From NCBI RefSeq assembly GCF_963921235.1, contig NC_086108.1:13330001-13394000 (forward strand): a stretch of 64,000 bases of DNA, written 5' to 3'. Positions 50,160-63,882 of the stretch are shown here, one piece after another; the first letter of the stretch is position 1; each line of letters begins with the position of its first letter. The position numbers were made by a program, and so were the translations under genes. This stretch comes from Mobula hypostoma. Taxonomy: Eukaryota. The notes beneath the pieces were generated by a model. The model made no database searches. It worked only from the letters and a program-made list of their open reading frames with translations, and had not been told where the DNA came from.

Positions 50160-51375
50160 TGGGGGAGATTTTAAATGGATTTTTTTCATCAGTATTTACA
50201 TGGGAGATGAACACACAATCAACGTCAATGAAGCAAAACAGCAGTGAGGTCATGGACCATATGCAGATTACAGAGGAGGAGGTGATTGTTGTTAGAGCAA
50301 ATTAGGGTGGATAAATACCCAGGGACTCTCAAATTTTTCCTTTGAACCTGTGGGAGGATAGTGCAGAAACTGCTGGGGCTCTAGCTAAGCTATTTAAAAC
50401 ATCCTTAGTCACAGGTGAGGTGCCAGAGGATAGCTAATGTAGTTTCAGAAAGACTCTAAGAATAAAGTGGGAAATTTTAGGCTGGTGAGCCAGGTTACAT
50501 TATTGGAAGGTATTCTAAGAGATTTGGATAGACAGGCCTTAATTAGGGATAGTCCACGCATCATTGTGTGTGGTAGGTCATGTCTGATCATTCTTATAGA
50601 GTTTTTTTGAGTAGGGCAGTTGATGAAGAAAAGGTGTGGATGTTGTCTACATGCAAGGTTCCCACATGGGACACTGGTCAGGAAGGTTCAGTCACTTGGC
50701 ATTCAGGATGACACTGGCTTTGTCGGAGAAGGCTGTGGGTGTTAGTAGACGGTTGCCTCTCTGACTGGAGGCCTGTGACTAGTGGTGTGGCGCAGGGATC
50801 GGTGCTGGGTCATAGGAACATAGAAACATAGAAAATAGGTGCAGGAGTAGGCCATTCGGCCCTTCGAGCCTGCACCACCATTCAGTACGATCATGGCTGA
50901 TCATCCAACTCAGAACCCTGTACCTGCCTTCTCTCCATACCCCCGATCCCTTTAGCCACAAGGGCCATATCTAACTCCCTCTTAAATATAGCCAATGAAC
51001 TGGTCTCAACTGTTTCCCATGGCAGAGAATTCCACAGATTCACCACTCTCTGTGTGAAGAAGTTTTTCCTAATCTCAGTCCTAAAAGGCTTCCCCTTTAT
51101 CCTCGGTCCTTAGTTGTTTGGCACCTATATTAATAATCTGTATGATAAGGTGGTTAACTGGATCAGCAGATTTGTGCATGATACCAAGATTTTGGCTGTA
51201 GTGGACAGTAAGAAGTGCTATTAAAGTTTGCATTGGGTTCTGGACCAGCTGGATAAATGGGCAGTAAAATGGCAGATGAAATTTAACGCAGACAAATGTG
51301 ACATGTACTTCAGGAGGGCAAAGGAGGATAGAACTTCCACAGTAAAAGATAGGGCGCTGAGGAATGAGGTAGAAC
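50160..51375 (+). mobile_element. Old CR1 ORF2 fragment with a nested antisense young CR1 3' end (50811-51103)
   Basis: Host gtgactagtggtgtggcgcagggatcggtgctgggtc resumes at ggtccttag; the insert has a catagaaacatagaaa tail. Confidence 0.8.
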
Positions 51376-51379
51376 AGAA

Positions 51380-51835
51380 TAATAACAACAATGATAATAA
51401 TTATATAACTAAGGGATAAATATCGAGAACATAAGATGAAGAGTCCCTGAAGGTGAGTCCATAGGTTGTGAGAACAGTTCAGTGATAGGGCAAGTGAAGT
51501 TGAGTGAAGTTATTCCCTTTGGTTCAAAAGCATGATGGCTGAGGGATAAAACCTATTTTTGAAACTTGTAATGTGTGTCCAGAGGCTCCTGAACCTTCTT
51601 CCTGATGGCAGCAGTGAGAAGAGAGCATGACCTGGGTGGTGGGGTCCCTGATAATGGATGCTCCTTTCGTACGACAACGCTCTGGGTAGATGTACTCAAT
51701 GGTGGAGAGGGCTTTACCCTTAGTGGACTGTGCCGTTTCCACTACTTTTAGTAGGATTTTCCATTGGTCGTGATGCACCCAGTCAATATACTCTCCACCA
51801 CACATCCATCGATGTTTGTCAAAGTTTTAGATGTG
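51380..51835 (-). mobile_element. Old Rex1-like LINE 3' fragment
   Basis: Minus translation LLKVVETAQST..ERCRTKGASIIRDP. Confidence 0.6.
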
Positions 51836-52930
51836 ACAATTAGATAGGATTGTAAAGGGAGCTTTTAGTACTTTGGCCTTTATAAGTCAAAATGCTTAAT
51901 TTGGATTATTGAGTGCAGTTCTGCTCACCTACCTACAGGAAAGATATCAAAAAGTTTGAAAGAGTACAGGGAAAACTTACAAGGATGTTGCAGGGACTTG
52001 AGCACCTGCGTTACAGGGAAAGGTTGAATAGGTTAGGAATTTATTCGATGGAGTATAAGAGAATAGGGGAGAGACCTGATAGAAGTATACAAAATTATGA
52101 GGTGTATAGATTGGCTAAATGCAAGCAGGCTTTTTCCAATGAGGTTGGGTGAGATGAGAACGAGTTCATTGGTTAAAGGTGAAAGCTGAAATATTGAAGG
52201 GGAACCTGAGGGCATGCCTCTCCACTCAGAGGGTGGGGAGAGGTGGAACAAGCTGCGAAGAGAGGTGGTGGACGCTGACTTCAATATGTAAATAAAATTT
52301 GGTTAAGTATGGACTAAGTATGGAGGGCTATGATTCAAGTGCAAGTCGATCAGACTAGACAGAATAATAGTTTGGTACTGTCTAGATGAGCCAAAGTGCC
52401 TGTTTTACTGCTGTATTTCTTTGTGATTCTGTGAGTCTAAAAGGATGAAGGGAGAATGGGGAGACTGTGTGAACAGAAATCTGAAGAGGATGATTGGCAC
52501 AGATGGCATCGAATGGGGGAGAATGTTATTTTATGCTAATTTATGTTTGCCACGTTTGCAATGGACAGTGTTGTTGCTGTACAAAGAACTAATTTTCATG
52601 TCATTTACACCCTGGTCATGTACGTGTACCCATGACAACAATATTTTGAACTTGATCTCCTTGGAGTGACAGAGGATGGGAGATGACTTGATAGAGGTAT
52701 ACAAGATGATGAGAGGCATTGATCGTGTGGATAGCCAGAGGCTTTTTCACAGGGCTGAAGTAGCTAACAATGATGGGGCAGAGTTTTAAGGTGATTGGAA
52801 GTAGGTACAAAGGGGATGTCAAGGGTAAGTTTTTCACACAAAGAGCGGTGGGTGCATGGAATGCACTGCTGGCGATGGTGGATAGGGTTTTTTAAGAGAC
52901 TCTTAGATAGATACATGGAGCTTAGAAAAA

Positions 52931-53464
52931 TTGAATTGAATTGACTTTATTTCTTACATCCTTCACATACATGAGGATTAAAAATCTGTATGTTACGTCT
53001 CCATCTAAATGTGCAATGTGCAATCATAGTAATTTACAATAAATAGAACAGTCAGTGTAGTATAGAGTATACTCAAGTCAGCGTGAGTTCATCAGTCTGA
53101 TGGCTTGATGAAAGAAGTTGTTCCGGAACCTGTTGGTCCTGGCTTTTATACTGCGGTACTGTGTCCCGGATGGTAGCAGCTGGAATAGATTGTGGTTGGG
53201 ATGGCTTGAGTCCCCAGTGATCCTCCGGGCCCTTTTTACACATCGGTCCTTGTAAATGTCCTGAATCGTGGGAAGTTCACAGCCGCAGATGTGCTGGGCT
53301 GTCCACACCACTCTCTGCAGAGTCCTGCGATTAAGGGAGGTACAGTTCCCATACCAGGCAGTGATGCAGCCAGTCAGGATGCTCTCAACTGCGCCACTGT
53401 AGAAAGTTCTTAGTATTTAGGGGCCCGTACCAAACTTCCTCAGCCATCTGAGGTGAAAGAGGCG
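52931..53464 (-). mobile_element. Rex1-like LINE 3' fragment with (TTCAA)n tail, inserted in a CR1 3' UTR
   Basis: TAQHICGCELPTIQDIYKDRC..HPNHNLFQLLPSG..NNFFHQAIRL; same family as 58585-59900. Confidence 0.85.
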
Positions 53465-54541
53465 CTATGCAGTAGGGAAATTCTAGGTAGTTTCTAGAGT
53501 AGGCTTCATGGTTGGCACAACATTGTGGGCCAAAGGGCTTGTAATGTGCTGTAGATTTCTGTGATCTGTGATTAGACGTAAATGGCTTCCTCCAGTTCCA
53601 GATTTCTACCTAGGTTCATATGTTATGCAAACAGTCCCTTGGGCCCAACTGGTCCATTCTAATCAAGATTCCTATCCAAGCTAGTCACATTTGCCTGCTT
53701 TTGGCCCATTTCCTCTTCATCTTTCTTGTCCGTGTTGCTGTCCAAATGTCTTTTGAATATTGTTAATGTATCTACCTTCAACCACCTCCTCTGTCAGCTC
53801 ATTCCATATACAGACCATCCTCTTGTGTGAAAAACTTGTTCCTTGGGTTGCTATTAAATCCTTCCCTTCTCTTCTTAAGCCTGTGCCCTCTAGTTTTGAT
53901 TTCCTAACCCGGGGAAAACGACTGTGCACATTGAGCCCCCTGTGGTTCTACACACCTCTATAAATCACCTCTCATTTTCTTACAACCCAGCCTACTCTAC
54001 CTCCTTCCAAAACACAGTCCCTCATTTGCCAAAGCATCCTCGTGAATCTCATCTGCATTCTTTCCAGCTTAATTGCTTCTTTCCTAATGCAGAGTGACCA
54101 AAGGTGAACACAATATTCCAAAAGTGGCCTCATTAATAACACGTACAAATGAAACATAATATTCCAATTTCTCTAATCAATTCCCTTGGCTGTGATTCTA
54201 TTTCTAGGGACCATGTATTCATACTCCAAGGTTCCTCTGTTCTACAACACTCCCCAGGACTCTGTCCTTTACTGAGAAAGTCCAAACCTGGCTTGTCTAT
54301 CTATCCCACACTTACAGAGAGAAGATGGATATTATGCGAATACATTCTGAATGCAAATACAATTGAGGGGGAGAAGACTGGGGCTCAAGGAGAGGAGGAG
54401 GAGGATGAGAACAGAATAGGATTGGGGCAATTGAACTGTGCACTACACTGAGCCTATCCTAGAGGCTGGGGCAGTCGAAGAAGAGAGAGCTGGGTTATCA
54501 CCGGAATCTCATGAAGCAGACAAGGCCCAGGAAACACTTAC

Positions 54542-54661
54542 CTTGGCTATGTGACACGATCACCAAATAGTTGTGCACCACAGCCTGAGGTGGAGCCCAC
54601 ATCAGCCGAGCCTCTGTTGGAGAAACGTTAACAACCTGCACATCTTGCAGGCTGTCCATTG
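54542..54661 (-). CDS. TNR: Tenascin-R coding exon (FN3 repeat, N-terminal half), 120 bp, phase 1-1
   Basis: Minus strand reads ctcattgcag|CA ATG GAC...AGC CAA G|gtaagt, giving (A)MDSLQDVQVVNVSPTEARLMWAPPQAVVHNYLVIVSHSQ. Collinear with the TNR segment [25 protein letters not shown] as I recall it. Not in the ORF track. Confidence 0.9.
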
Positions 54662-55814
54662 CTGCAATGAGACAGAGAAGAATAGGTCAAGTCATCACTA
54701 CACTCCTCACCAAAATCAGCATTCCATTCTAAGTTAACAAATTTCCCGACACATGCCGGTGATAATAAACCTGATTCTGATCCTGTTTATCTGCACTTAA
54801 AACGTCAGTGTGGTGGCTGCATACAGCACACAATCTCAATCCCTCCACCGAGAGATGTTCGGATCTTTTCCAACCGTAGCTGAAGTGCTACATGACTGGC
54901 TGGCATTTAGCATGGATAGCTTTCTATCCTCACCTTAGTCATTAGGTTAGTGGTCGTAAAGTTATTGGAAAAGGCTTCCGAGGGACAGGATTAACCCAGG
55001 AAAGTTAGGAGATGATCAAATGCATGGATTTGCATTTGTCTGAACAACTTGATTGAGTTTTGCTTTGACAAAGAAGCATATCTAATGATGAGGTGAGTGC
55101 ATTTGATGTGGTTCATATAATCTCAGCAAGGCCGTATTCAAGGTCCCAGGTACTGACAGATGGTGCGGGTATCAGTTCTGCTTATTTATATATAAATAGA
55201 AGTTTTAATTACTGAGATAGCAGATGACATAAAGATGGTATTATTGATAGGGCTAATCTCAGGGCAATAAAAGAAAGTAATCAACTGGTCTATTCAAGAT
55301 TCTAGATTCAAGTACATTTATTATCAAAGAATGTATAAATTATACAACCTTGATTTCTTTGCTCACAGGTACCACAAAGCAAGAAACCCAAAAGAACCCA
55401 GTTAAAGAAAAAAAAACATAAGAAAGACCAACACTAAATGTGCAAGAGGAAGAAAAAAATACAAATCATGCAAACAATTGAAGCGAACAAAAACATTTCG
55501 AACCAAAATTCAGTCCTCAGATCCAAACTCCGAAGCATTCTGTAATAGGCCCAAGGCCTCGCTTATCAGTTCATCATATTAGCAGGCATGAAGCACAGCA
55601 GCAGCTGACAGTCTTCATAGTCTCAGCTCATGGAGATAACCATCGCGGGGATGAATGAAATTATAGAGCATTACAGCAGAGGCTCCATGACAGCCTGGTC
55701 TTCTACCTGGTCCCTTCTACCTGTACCTAGACCACAGCTCACCATACTCCTCTCATCTGTGTACCTGTTGAAACTTCTATTAAATGTTATGATTGTACCT
55801 GAATCTACTACTTT

Positions 55815-56293
55815 ATTCATGCTAGTATCTTTCCTGTAATACCATGGGCTCTTAACTTGTTAAGTAGCCGTATATGTGGCACCTTGTCAAAGACTTTCTG
55901 AAAATTCAAGTACACAACATCTACAATTCTTCTTCGTCCATTCTGGTTGTTATTTCTTCAAAGAATTCCAACAGATTTGTCAGGCAAAATTTTCCCTTAA
56001 GGAAGCCATGCTGACTATAGCCTATTTTATCATGTGCCTCCAAGTATCCCGAAACCACACCCTTAACAATCGACTCCAACATCTTCCCAACCTCTGAGGT
56101 CAGATTAACTGGCCTATAATTTCCTTTCTTCTGTCTCTCTCCCTTCCTAAAGAGTGGAGTGACATTTGCAATTTTTCACTCCTCCAGGATCATTCCAAAA
56201 TCAATTGATTTTTGAAAGATCATTACTGCTGCTTCCACTATCTCATCAGTCACCTCTTTCAAAACCCTGGTTTGCAGACCATCTGGTCCAGGT
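55815..56293 (-). mobile_element. CR1 RT fragment
   Basis: Minus strand encodes KIANVTPLFRKGERQKKGNYRPVNLTS and KVFDKVPH. Confidence 0.8.
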
Positions 56294-58578
56294 TGCTGTG
56301 TTTGTTCCTGAGGGATTGTGCAGAGCACACCAGGATGCCAGTATGCAGAATACTCAACTGAACTTTATTGACAACTCTGCTTCTACCGTACGTGAACTAC
56401 TCCCAGGTGGGAATGGCTGAGAGGGATAGTAAGAACATATTAACTACCACAGCATCTCCCCTTCTTGAAAAAAAGATAGGCATCACCATAGAACTTCATT
56501 GAAATTATAGTCACTGAAATCGCACGATTCAGTTCACTTCACCCATAGAGCGTAACTTATGCTCCTTATGTAAACATAACAAGAGATTGCCAACATTATA
56601 TTAACAACAGTCTCGTTTTGTGAAATGATTTCAACATTAGAACTCTTTTTAAAAAAAACACTAAATCTAATGGGGGTTAGGGTAAACAATCTGACACTCC
56701 AACAAAGGTTTATTCTGCCTCTTTAGTCATTTGCCCAAATCTATTATCAGAATCAGATTTATTATCACCAGCATGTGAGGTGAAATTTGTTAACTTAGCA
56801 GCAGCAGTTCAATGTAATACATAATATAGAAAAAAAACAAAGGAAATAAAAATGATAATAATTAATAAATAAATAAATAAATCACAGTACACATATATTG
56901 AATAGGTTTTAAAAAAAGAAATACTGTATATTAAAAAAGCGAGGTAGTGTCGAGGGTTCAATGTCGTAGGTTGTTCCATATTCTGAACTCCTGCCAGCTG
57001 GTCTGAATCTGGTTGCACTCCCTCTAAGGATAGTTGGTGGCCCAAGAATTTCACCTCCAACTCTACAAAGTCCTGTTTCTTTTTGTTCAGGGTGAATCCA
57101 GCCTGTTTCAGTTCCTCCAAGGTAGTTTCCTCTCTTTTTTTATGTTCCTCACCTGAGCCTCCGAAGATGAGTATATCATCCATGTGGCAGACTACTCCTT
57201 CTATAACCATATAAATTTTGTCCCTCCAAAATTTGGTTCATCCTCATCTGAAAGAGTTCATGGGCTGATAGATGCCAAAAGGGAGACTCTTGAAGGCATA
57301 GCATCCATATGGTGTGATAAATGTTGTGAGCTACTGTGACTCAGGAAATAAATTGATCTGCCAGAACTCTGAGTTTGCATCTAGTTTGGTGAAGAACTTT
57401 GCTCCACCTAGCATACCCAATGTGTGCTTAACAGAGGGCAGAATAAATTTCTCTTGCCTCACTGCATTATTCAACTTTGTCAGATCTACTCAGATACTCA
57501 CTGTGCCATCTGGCTGGGGAACGGGAACAATGCCCTCATACCAGTCAGTAGGTTCATTCACTCTAGTTATGATGTCAAGTGCTTCCATTCTCTCAAGTTC
57601 AGCTTTGATTTTGTTCATCAATGGTAGATGCCTCACTGTGGTCAGAGAGTAGGGTGTCACTCCTGATCTCAGTTGAGTAAGGTACTCTTCTTTCAGCACC
57701 CCCAGGCCTGTGAACAACTCTGGGTACTTCTCGTGCTCCTGAACATTGTTTAGTGAATCCACCTTTGAAATGTGGTCCAGCTTCTTGATGGCAAGTTGCC
57801 CCATAGTGGTGAGAAGAGATTCTCAACAACATAGACATCCTCTTTTAAATGTTTCTCATTTTTATGGATGGAAGCAGTAAACATTCTATCACACTGAGCT
57901 AATGTTCCCCTGGCCTCATGAGAACTTTCTTTGTTGGGTTCAGCATAACGTCTGCTTCCTTCACCAGTTTTGTGAACAGACGTTCGGGAATGGCTGTGAC
58001 AACTGCCCCAGTGTCCATTTTGATCATCACTGCCTTGTTTAGCAACTGAACCACAGTACATCAGTCTTGTTGATCTGAATCTAGAGACCCAAGGAGAGCT
58101 CACTCTTCGTCTGAATCATGGTCTTCATTGATCTCCTGAAGAACTGTTGTTTGAGTGACACTGGCTTTTACAACGGCCAACTCTATTGCACTGGTGGTAT
58201 TTCACATCTTTTGCTAGACAGGGCTCTGTCGTGTGGAAAAGAGACTTGCTGCATCTCCTGCAGTTGGACAATTTACCTGCTTTTTGATTCGCTTGCTTGT
58301 TTTGTTTGAGATGAGCCCTTTCTGTAGTCTTTGACTGCACCTTGTTTGTCCCCTTCTTTTTGTACAGCTTCTAGTTTCACCTCTGCAACATTTTTGTGCC
58401 TGAGTTCTGCCTGTTGCTGATGAACATTCTCACTCTGCCTGACCTTAGTAATAGTTTTTTCTAGTGTGAGATCTGCCTACAACTGAAGTCTCTCTGACAA
58501 TTTGGTGTCTAGTAGTCTGACAACAATGTTGTCTCTAATGAAATCATCTCTCAGATTTCCATATGCTCAGTTGTCTGA
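56294..58578 (-). mobile_element. Gypsy relic (second family): gag, protease, RT, PPT and 161-bp 3' LTR (56294-56454)
   Basis: RDNIVV..LSERLQL..LTLEK, CxxC knuckles, DTGAVVT, LDANSEFWQ, CHMDDILIFG; purine tract aagaaggggaga; LTR TGCTGTG...CACAGCA. Confidence 0.85.
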
Positions 58579-58584
58579 CAGGGT

Positions 58585-59900
58585 ATACAATACCAAGGTA
58601 ACATGTTTGAACGACTGGCGTCCTGTCGCTCTCGCCTCAATAATAAGCAAATGCTTTGATAGGCTGGTCAAGGACTACATCTGCAACACACTACCACCCA
58701 CACTGAATCCCCTACAATCCATCTACCAACACAACCGATCAACAGATGACACAATAGACACAGCTCTACACACTGTCCTTACAGATCTGGAAAGGAAGGA
58801 TAATTATGTGAGAATACTGTTCTCTGACTAGAGTTCAGTATTCAACACCATAATTCCCTCCAGGCTCGACAAGAAGCTCAGAGGTCTTGGCCTTCACCCT
58901 GCCTTGTGCAGTTGGATCCTGGACTTCCTGTCAGATTGCCGGCAGGTGGTAAGGGTGGGCTCCCTCACCTCTGACCCTCAACACAGGTGCCCCTCATAGC
59001 TGTGTCCTAAGACCTCTCCTTTACTCTCTGTATACCCACGACTGTGTCACCATCCACAGCTCCAATCTGCTGATTAAATTTGCTGAGGATACTACATTGA
59101 TTGGCCTAATCCCAAATAATAATGAGGCAGCCAACAGAGAAGAAGTCATCACCCTGACACAGTGGTGTTAAGAAAACAACCTCTCCCTCAATGTCACAAA
59201 AACAAAGGAGCTGGTTGTGGATTACAGGAGGAATGGAGACAGGCTAACCCCTATTGACATCAATGGATCTGGGGTTGAGAGGGTGAACAGCTTTGAGTTC
59301 CTCGGCATACACATAACCGAGGGTCTCACATGGTCTGTATATACCGGCTGTAATGGTGTAAAAAGCACAACAGTGCATCTTTCACCTCAGAAGTCTGAAG
59401 AAGTTTAGTATGGGCCCCCAAATCCTAAGAACTTTCTACAGGGGCACTATTGAGAGCATCCTGACTGGCTGCATCACTGCCTGGTATGGAAACTGTACCT
59501 CCCTTAATTGCAGGGTTCTGCGGACAGCCCAGTGCATCTGTAGATGTGAACTTCCCACTATTCAGGACATTGACAGAGACAGGTGCATAAAAAGGGCCCA
59601 AAGGATCATTGGGGACCTGAGTCACCCCAACCACAAACTGTTCCAGCTGCTACCATCCAGGAAACCGCAGCATAAAAGCCAGGACCAACAGGCTCCGGGA
59701 CAGCTTCTTCCACCAGGCCATCAGACTGATGAACTCATATTGATACAATTGTATTTCTGTGTTATATTGACTGTCCTGTTGTACATACCATTTATTACAA
59801 ATTACTATAAATTGCACATAGCACATTTAGATGGAGACATAACAAAGATTTTTACTCCTCGTGCATATGAAGGATGTGTAATAAAGTCAATTCAATTCAC
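58585..59900 (+). mobile_element. Rex1/Babar-like LINE RT fragment
   Basis: [42 protein letters not shown]; tail aataaagtcaattcaattca. Confidence 0.88.
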
Positions 59901-60269
59901 TTCTTGAAAAGGCCTGCTGGAGTAGTGGAGAAGTGGAGTCAGGGATAAGTCGGAGGAGTATTGACCATAGATCAGCTCTTCCAGTGTTATTACAATCACA
60001 GAAATGTGGCTGAGGGAAGGACAGGGCTGGCAGCTCCACGGTATGAAAGTTCAGGAGTGACCGAGGGGAATGGAAAAAGGAAGGAGGTCACGCTGCTGAT
60101 TAGCAAAAATATAATGTCAGTACCAACAGTCTGGAGGGAATGACCAAAGAAACAATTGTCAGCAGGAATTAGATGAACAGTTATACAATTATTGAGCAAG
60201 GAAGAGGCATGAGTGAGAGAAGGCAAAGAAGCTGTAGGTAGATTTTTCCCCCAGTTTATTTGTTCTTTC

Positions 60270-61342
60270 CTTCTTTATGCTTGCATGATGAGAGAAGGCA
60301 GAGTGACCTCCCGTGTCCCTGACAATCTCACCTGCAAGAAGTGAATCCAGCTGCAGCTTCTAACACTCTGCGCTAAGGAGTTGGAGTTGGAACTGGATGG
60401 GCTCCGGATCATTCCAGAGGCTGAGAGGATGATAGGTAGGATACGTAGAAAGGCAGTTACAGGTGAAGGATGCAGGAGAATGGGTGACAGTGAAAACAGT
60501 GAAACAGCCAGTGCAGAGCCCCCGTGTGGCCATCCCCCTTAACAGCAGGTATACCACCTTGGATACTGTTGGGGTGGTGGGGGGGATGATCGAGTAGAGG
60601 GGGGTCATAATGGTCAGGTCTCTGGCACTGAATCTGACTCTGTGACTCTGAAAAGAAGGAGGGAGAAGAAGTGAGCTGTGGTGACAGGGGAATTAGGGGA
60701 ACAGAAAGGAGATTCTGTGGACAAGAACAAGATTCCTGGATACGAGTCACCGAGCAGGAGTACGTGAAGAGAGCTATCTTATCAATCAGGTCTGAGGATT
60801 AAAAAGGCAGAACTTCATGACACCTTTTCGGACTTGGGCTGTGACCAATCACTGAGTGGGATACATTGGAAAGGACAAATGGAAACAATGCCTGTGCAAG
60901 CAGGGCAGCCATTGTTGTGAGTGGGTCAGTGTTTACAGTGGTTTTGGCTCATCAGTCCTGGTTGAGGTAATGTATCCGGTAAGTTTCTCTTTTTGTTCTT
61001 AGTTCTTCATCCTGTTAGGGCATCGTAGTGCAGTGATAACGACTCCGGGGCAGTGTTATGTACTGTGTGTGAGATGTGGGAATTCTGGAAGACCTCCAGT
61101 CTCCATGATAACCACATCTGCACCGAGGAGCAGCTCCTCAGAGAATGTGTTAACAAACTGGAGCTGCAGCTCGATGACCTTCAGCTCCTACAGGAGAATG
61201 AGGAAGTGATAGACAGGAGCCACAGGAAGGTAGTCACCTCTAGGTTACAGGAGACAGGTGACTGGGTGACTGTCAGGAGAAGGAGGGGAAATACACAAAC
61301 TGTGCAGAGTATACCTGTGGCTGCTCCCCTCAATAATAAATA
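60270..61342 (+). mobile_element. Two decayed CR1 5'/ORF1 fragments
   Basis: LCTVCEMWE..LELQLDDL..WVTVRR..PLNNKY (61053-) and a similar segment at 60270-60745. Confidence 0.75.
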
Positions 61343-63882
61343 TACTGCCTATAGAAAGTATTCACCCACCTTGGAAGTTTTCATGTTTTATTGTTTTACA
61401 ATATTGAATCACAGTGGGTTTAATCTGGCTTTTATTGACACTGATCAACAGACTCTATCGTATCAAAGTGAAAACAGATCTCTACAAAATTATCTAAATT
61501 AATTACAAATATAAAACACAAAATAATGATTACCTAAGTATTCACCCCCTTTAATATGACACACCAAATCATCACTGGTGCAGCCATTTGGTTTTAGAAA
61601 TCACATAATTAGTTAAATGGAGATCACCATGTGCAGTCAAGGTATTCCAATTGATTGTAGTAAAAATACGCTTGTATCGGGAAGGTCCTGCTGGTGAGTC
61701 AGTATCCTGGCAAAAACTACACCAAGAAGACAAAAGAACACTCCAAACAGCTCTGTGAAAAGGTTATTGAAAAGCACAAGTCAGGAGATGGATACAAGAA
61801 AATTTCCAAGTCACTGAATATTCCTTGGAGTACAGTTAAGTCAATCATCAAGAAATGGAAATAATATGGCTCAGCTGTAAATCTGCCTAGAACAGGCTGC
61901 CCTCAAAAACTGAGTAACCTTGCAAGAAGAGGACTAGTGAGGGAGGCCACCAAGATACCTATGACAACCCTGGAGGGGTTACAAGCTTCAGTGGCTGAGA
62001 TGGGAGAGACTGTGCATACAACATGTGACGAGAATACACATAAAATTAAGATGTTTGCTGGCCTGGGTTAGCATCAGTGACATCAGCAAGTGGTTTGCCA
62101 CCTGCCCTCAGGGGAAGGAGAGATAAGGAACAATGGAGCAGCGTCTGGAGATGAGTAATGAAGGGACGGGAGAGAGAGCTGTCTGGAGCGGCTCCCCCCT
62201 TTGAACCTTGAACTGTTTGAAGTGATGGACAGGCGATACCCCAGCAGGGGGATAAAAAGGGACCGGTTCGCTAAGGCAACACACACACCACCCGAGGTAA
62301 CGAGACCCTGGAAGCGGTACGCTTCTCACGAGTCGGTGGGAAGTATCAGACAACGGCCAGGGTGGAAAGGTACGATCAGCGGGAACCCGGTGTGTGTCCG
62401 CCCTTGCCTGGGTGCCAGGTTCACTGCAGAGGATCGACCGCATCTGGAGGAGGGGTCACAGTCGGTGACCTCAGGTGACATCACCAAGGACCTGCCCAAA
62501 AGCTGCTTGTGAGCCATATCGTCGGTCTGTGAGTGAAGCCGTGTCTGAATGATCAGTTGTTCCTGTTCTCTCTCTCTCTTCCCCCACGTTGTCCATCGCC
62601 ATGGCAACGATTACTGCAAACTGAACTACTAAACTGGACTGAACTTTGAGTCACTTTGAAATTTGGTCATTTACCCCTAGACAACGATAGAGCTTGATTG
62701 ATGCTGTTATCTTAATTCTGTGCACATGTGTGTTTGTAATCGTTGAACTGTTGCATTTATTATCCTTTCGATTACTGTGTTGCTTGTTTCTTTAATAAAA
62801 CTTTCTTAGTTCTTGTACTCCAGACTCCAACTGAGTGATCCATTTCTGCTGGTTTGGCAACCCAGTTACGGGGTACGTAACAAACAACTGTTGCCTGGGT
62901 GCTTCACTAATGGCAGCTTTATGAGAGAGTGGCAAAGAGAGTCTCAGTTGAAAAAAAACACTCACATGAAATCTCAGCTAGAGTTTGCCAGAAGGCATAA
63001 GGGAGACTCTGAAGTTGGCTGGAAGAAGGTTCAATGGTCTGATGAAACAAAAATTGAGCTTTTTGGCCATCAGACCAAATGCTATGTTAGGCATAAGCCA
63101 AACACCACACATCATCAAAAACACACCATCCCTACCGTGAAACATGGTGGTGGCTGCATCATGCTGTGGGGATACTTCACTGCAGCAGGCCCTGGAAGGC
63201 CTGTGAAGGTAGAGGGTAAAATGAATACAACAAAATACAGGGAAATCCTGGAGGAAACCCTAATGCAGTCTGCAACATAATGGCGACTTGGGAGAAGATC
63301 TGTTTTCCAGCAAGACAATGACCCAAAGCCAAAGCTACACAGGAATGGCTTAAAAACAACAAAGTTAATGTCCTGGAGTGGCTAAGTCAGAGTCCAGACC
63401 TCAATCCAATTGAGAATTTGTGGCTGAGTTTGAAAGGGCTGTTCACTCACAATCCTCATGCAATCTGACAGAGCTTAAGCAGTTTTGTAAAGAACAAATT
63501 TTCTTGTATCCATCTCCTGACTTGTGCTTTTCAATAACTTTTTCACAGAGTTGTTTGGAGTGTTCTTTTGTCTCTACAAAGATTGTAGAGTCCAGATATG
63601 CAAAGCTGATAGAGACCTATCCACACAGATTCAGGGCTATAATTGCTGCCAAAGATGTATTTACTAAATAATGACTTGAAGGAGGTGAGTAATTATGCAG
63701 TCAATTATTTTGTATTTAATAATTGTAATAAATTTAGACCAGTTTGTAGAAATTGACTCACCAGCAATTGGACCTGTATTTTTACAACAGTCAAATGAAA
63801 CACCATGACTGCACACAGGTGATCGCCATTTAACTAATCATGTGACTTGTAAAACAAATTGGCTGCACCAGTGATGATTTGG
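61343..63882 (+). mobile_element. Tc1-family transposon with pseudogenised transposase, split by a solo LTR; right end rearranged
   Basis: After TA: tactgcctatagaaagtattcaccc with an inner repeat aagtattcaccc at about 61537. [56 protein letters not shown] and [13 protein letters not shown]. Confidence 0.9.
62024..62882 (+). mobile_element. Solo LTR inserted in the Tc1 transposase
   Basis: TGTGACG...CGTAACA with perfect 4-bp TSD AACA (62020-62023 and 62883-62886). Confidence 0.92.
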
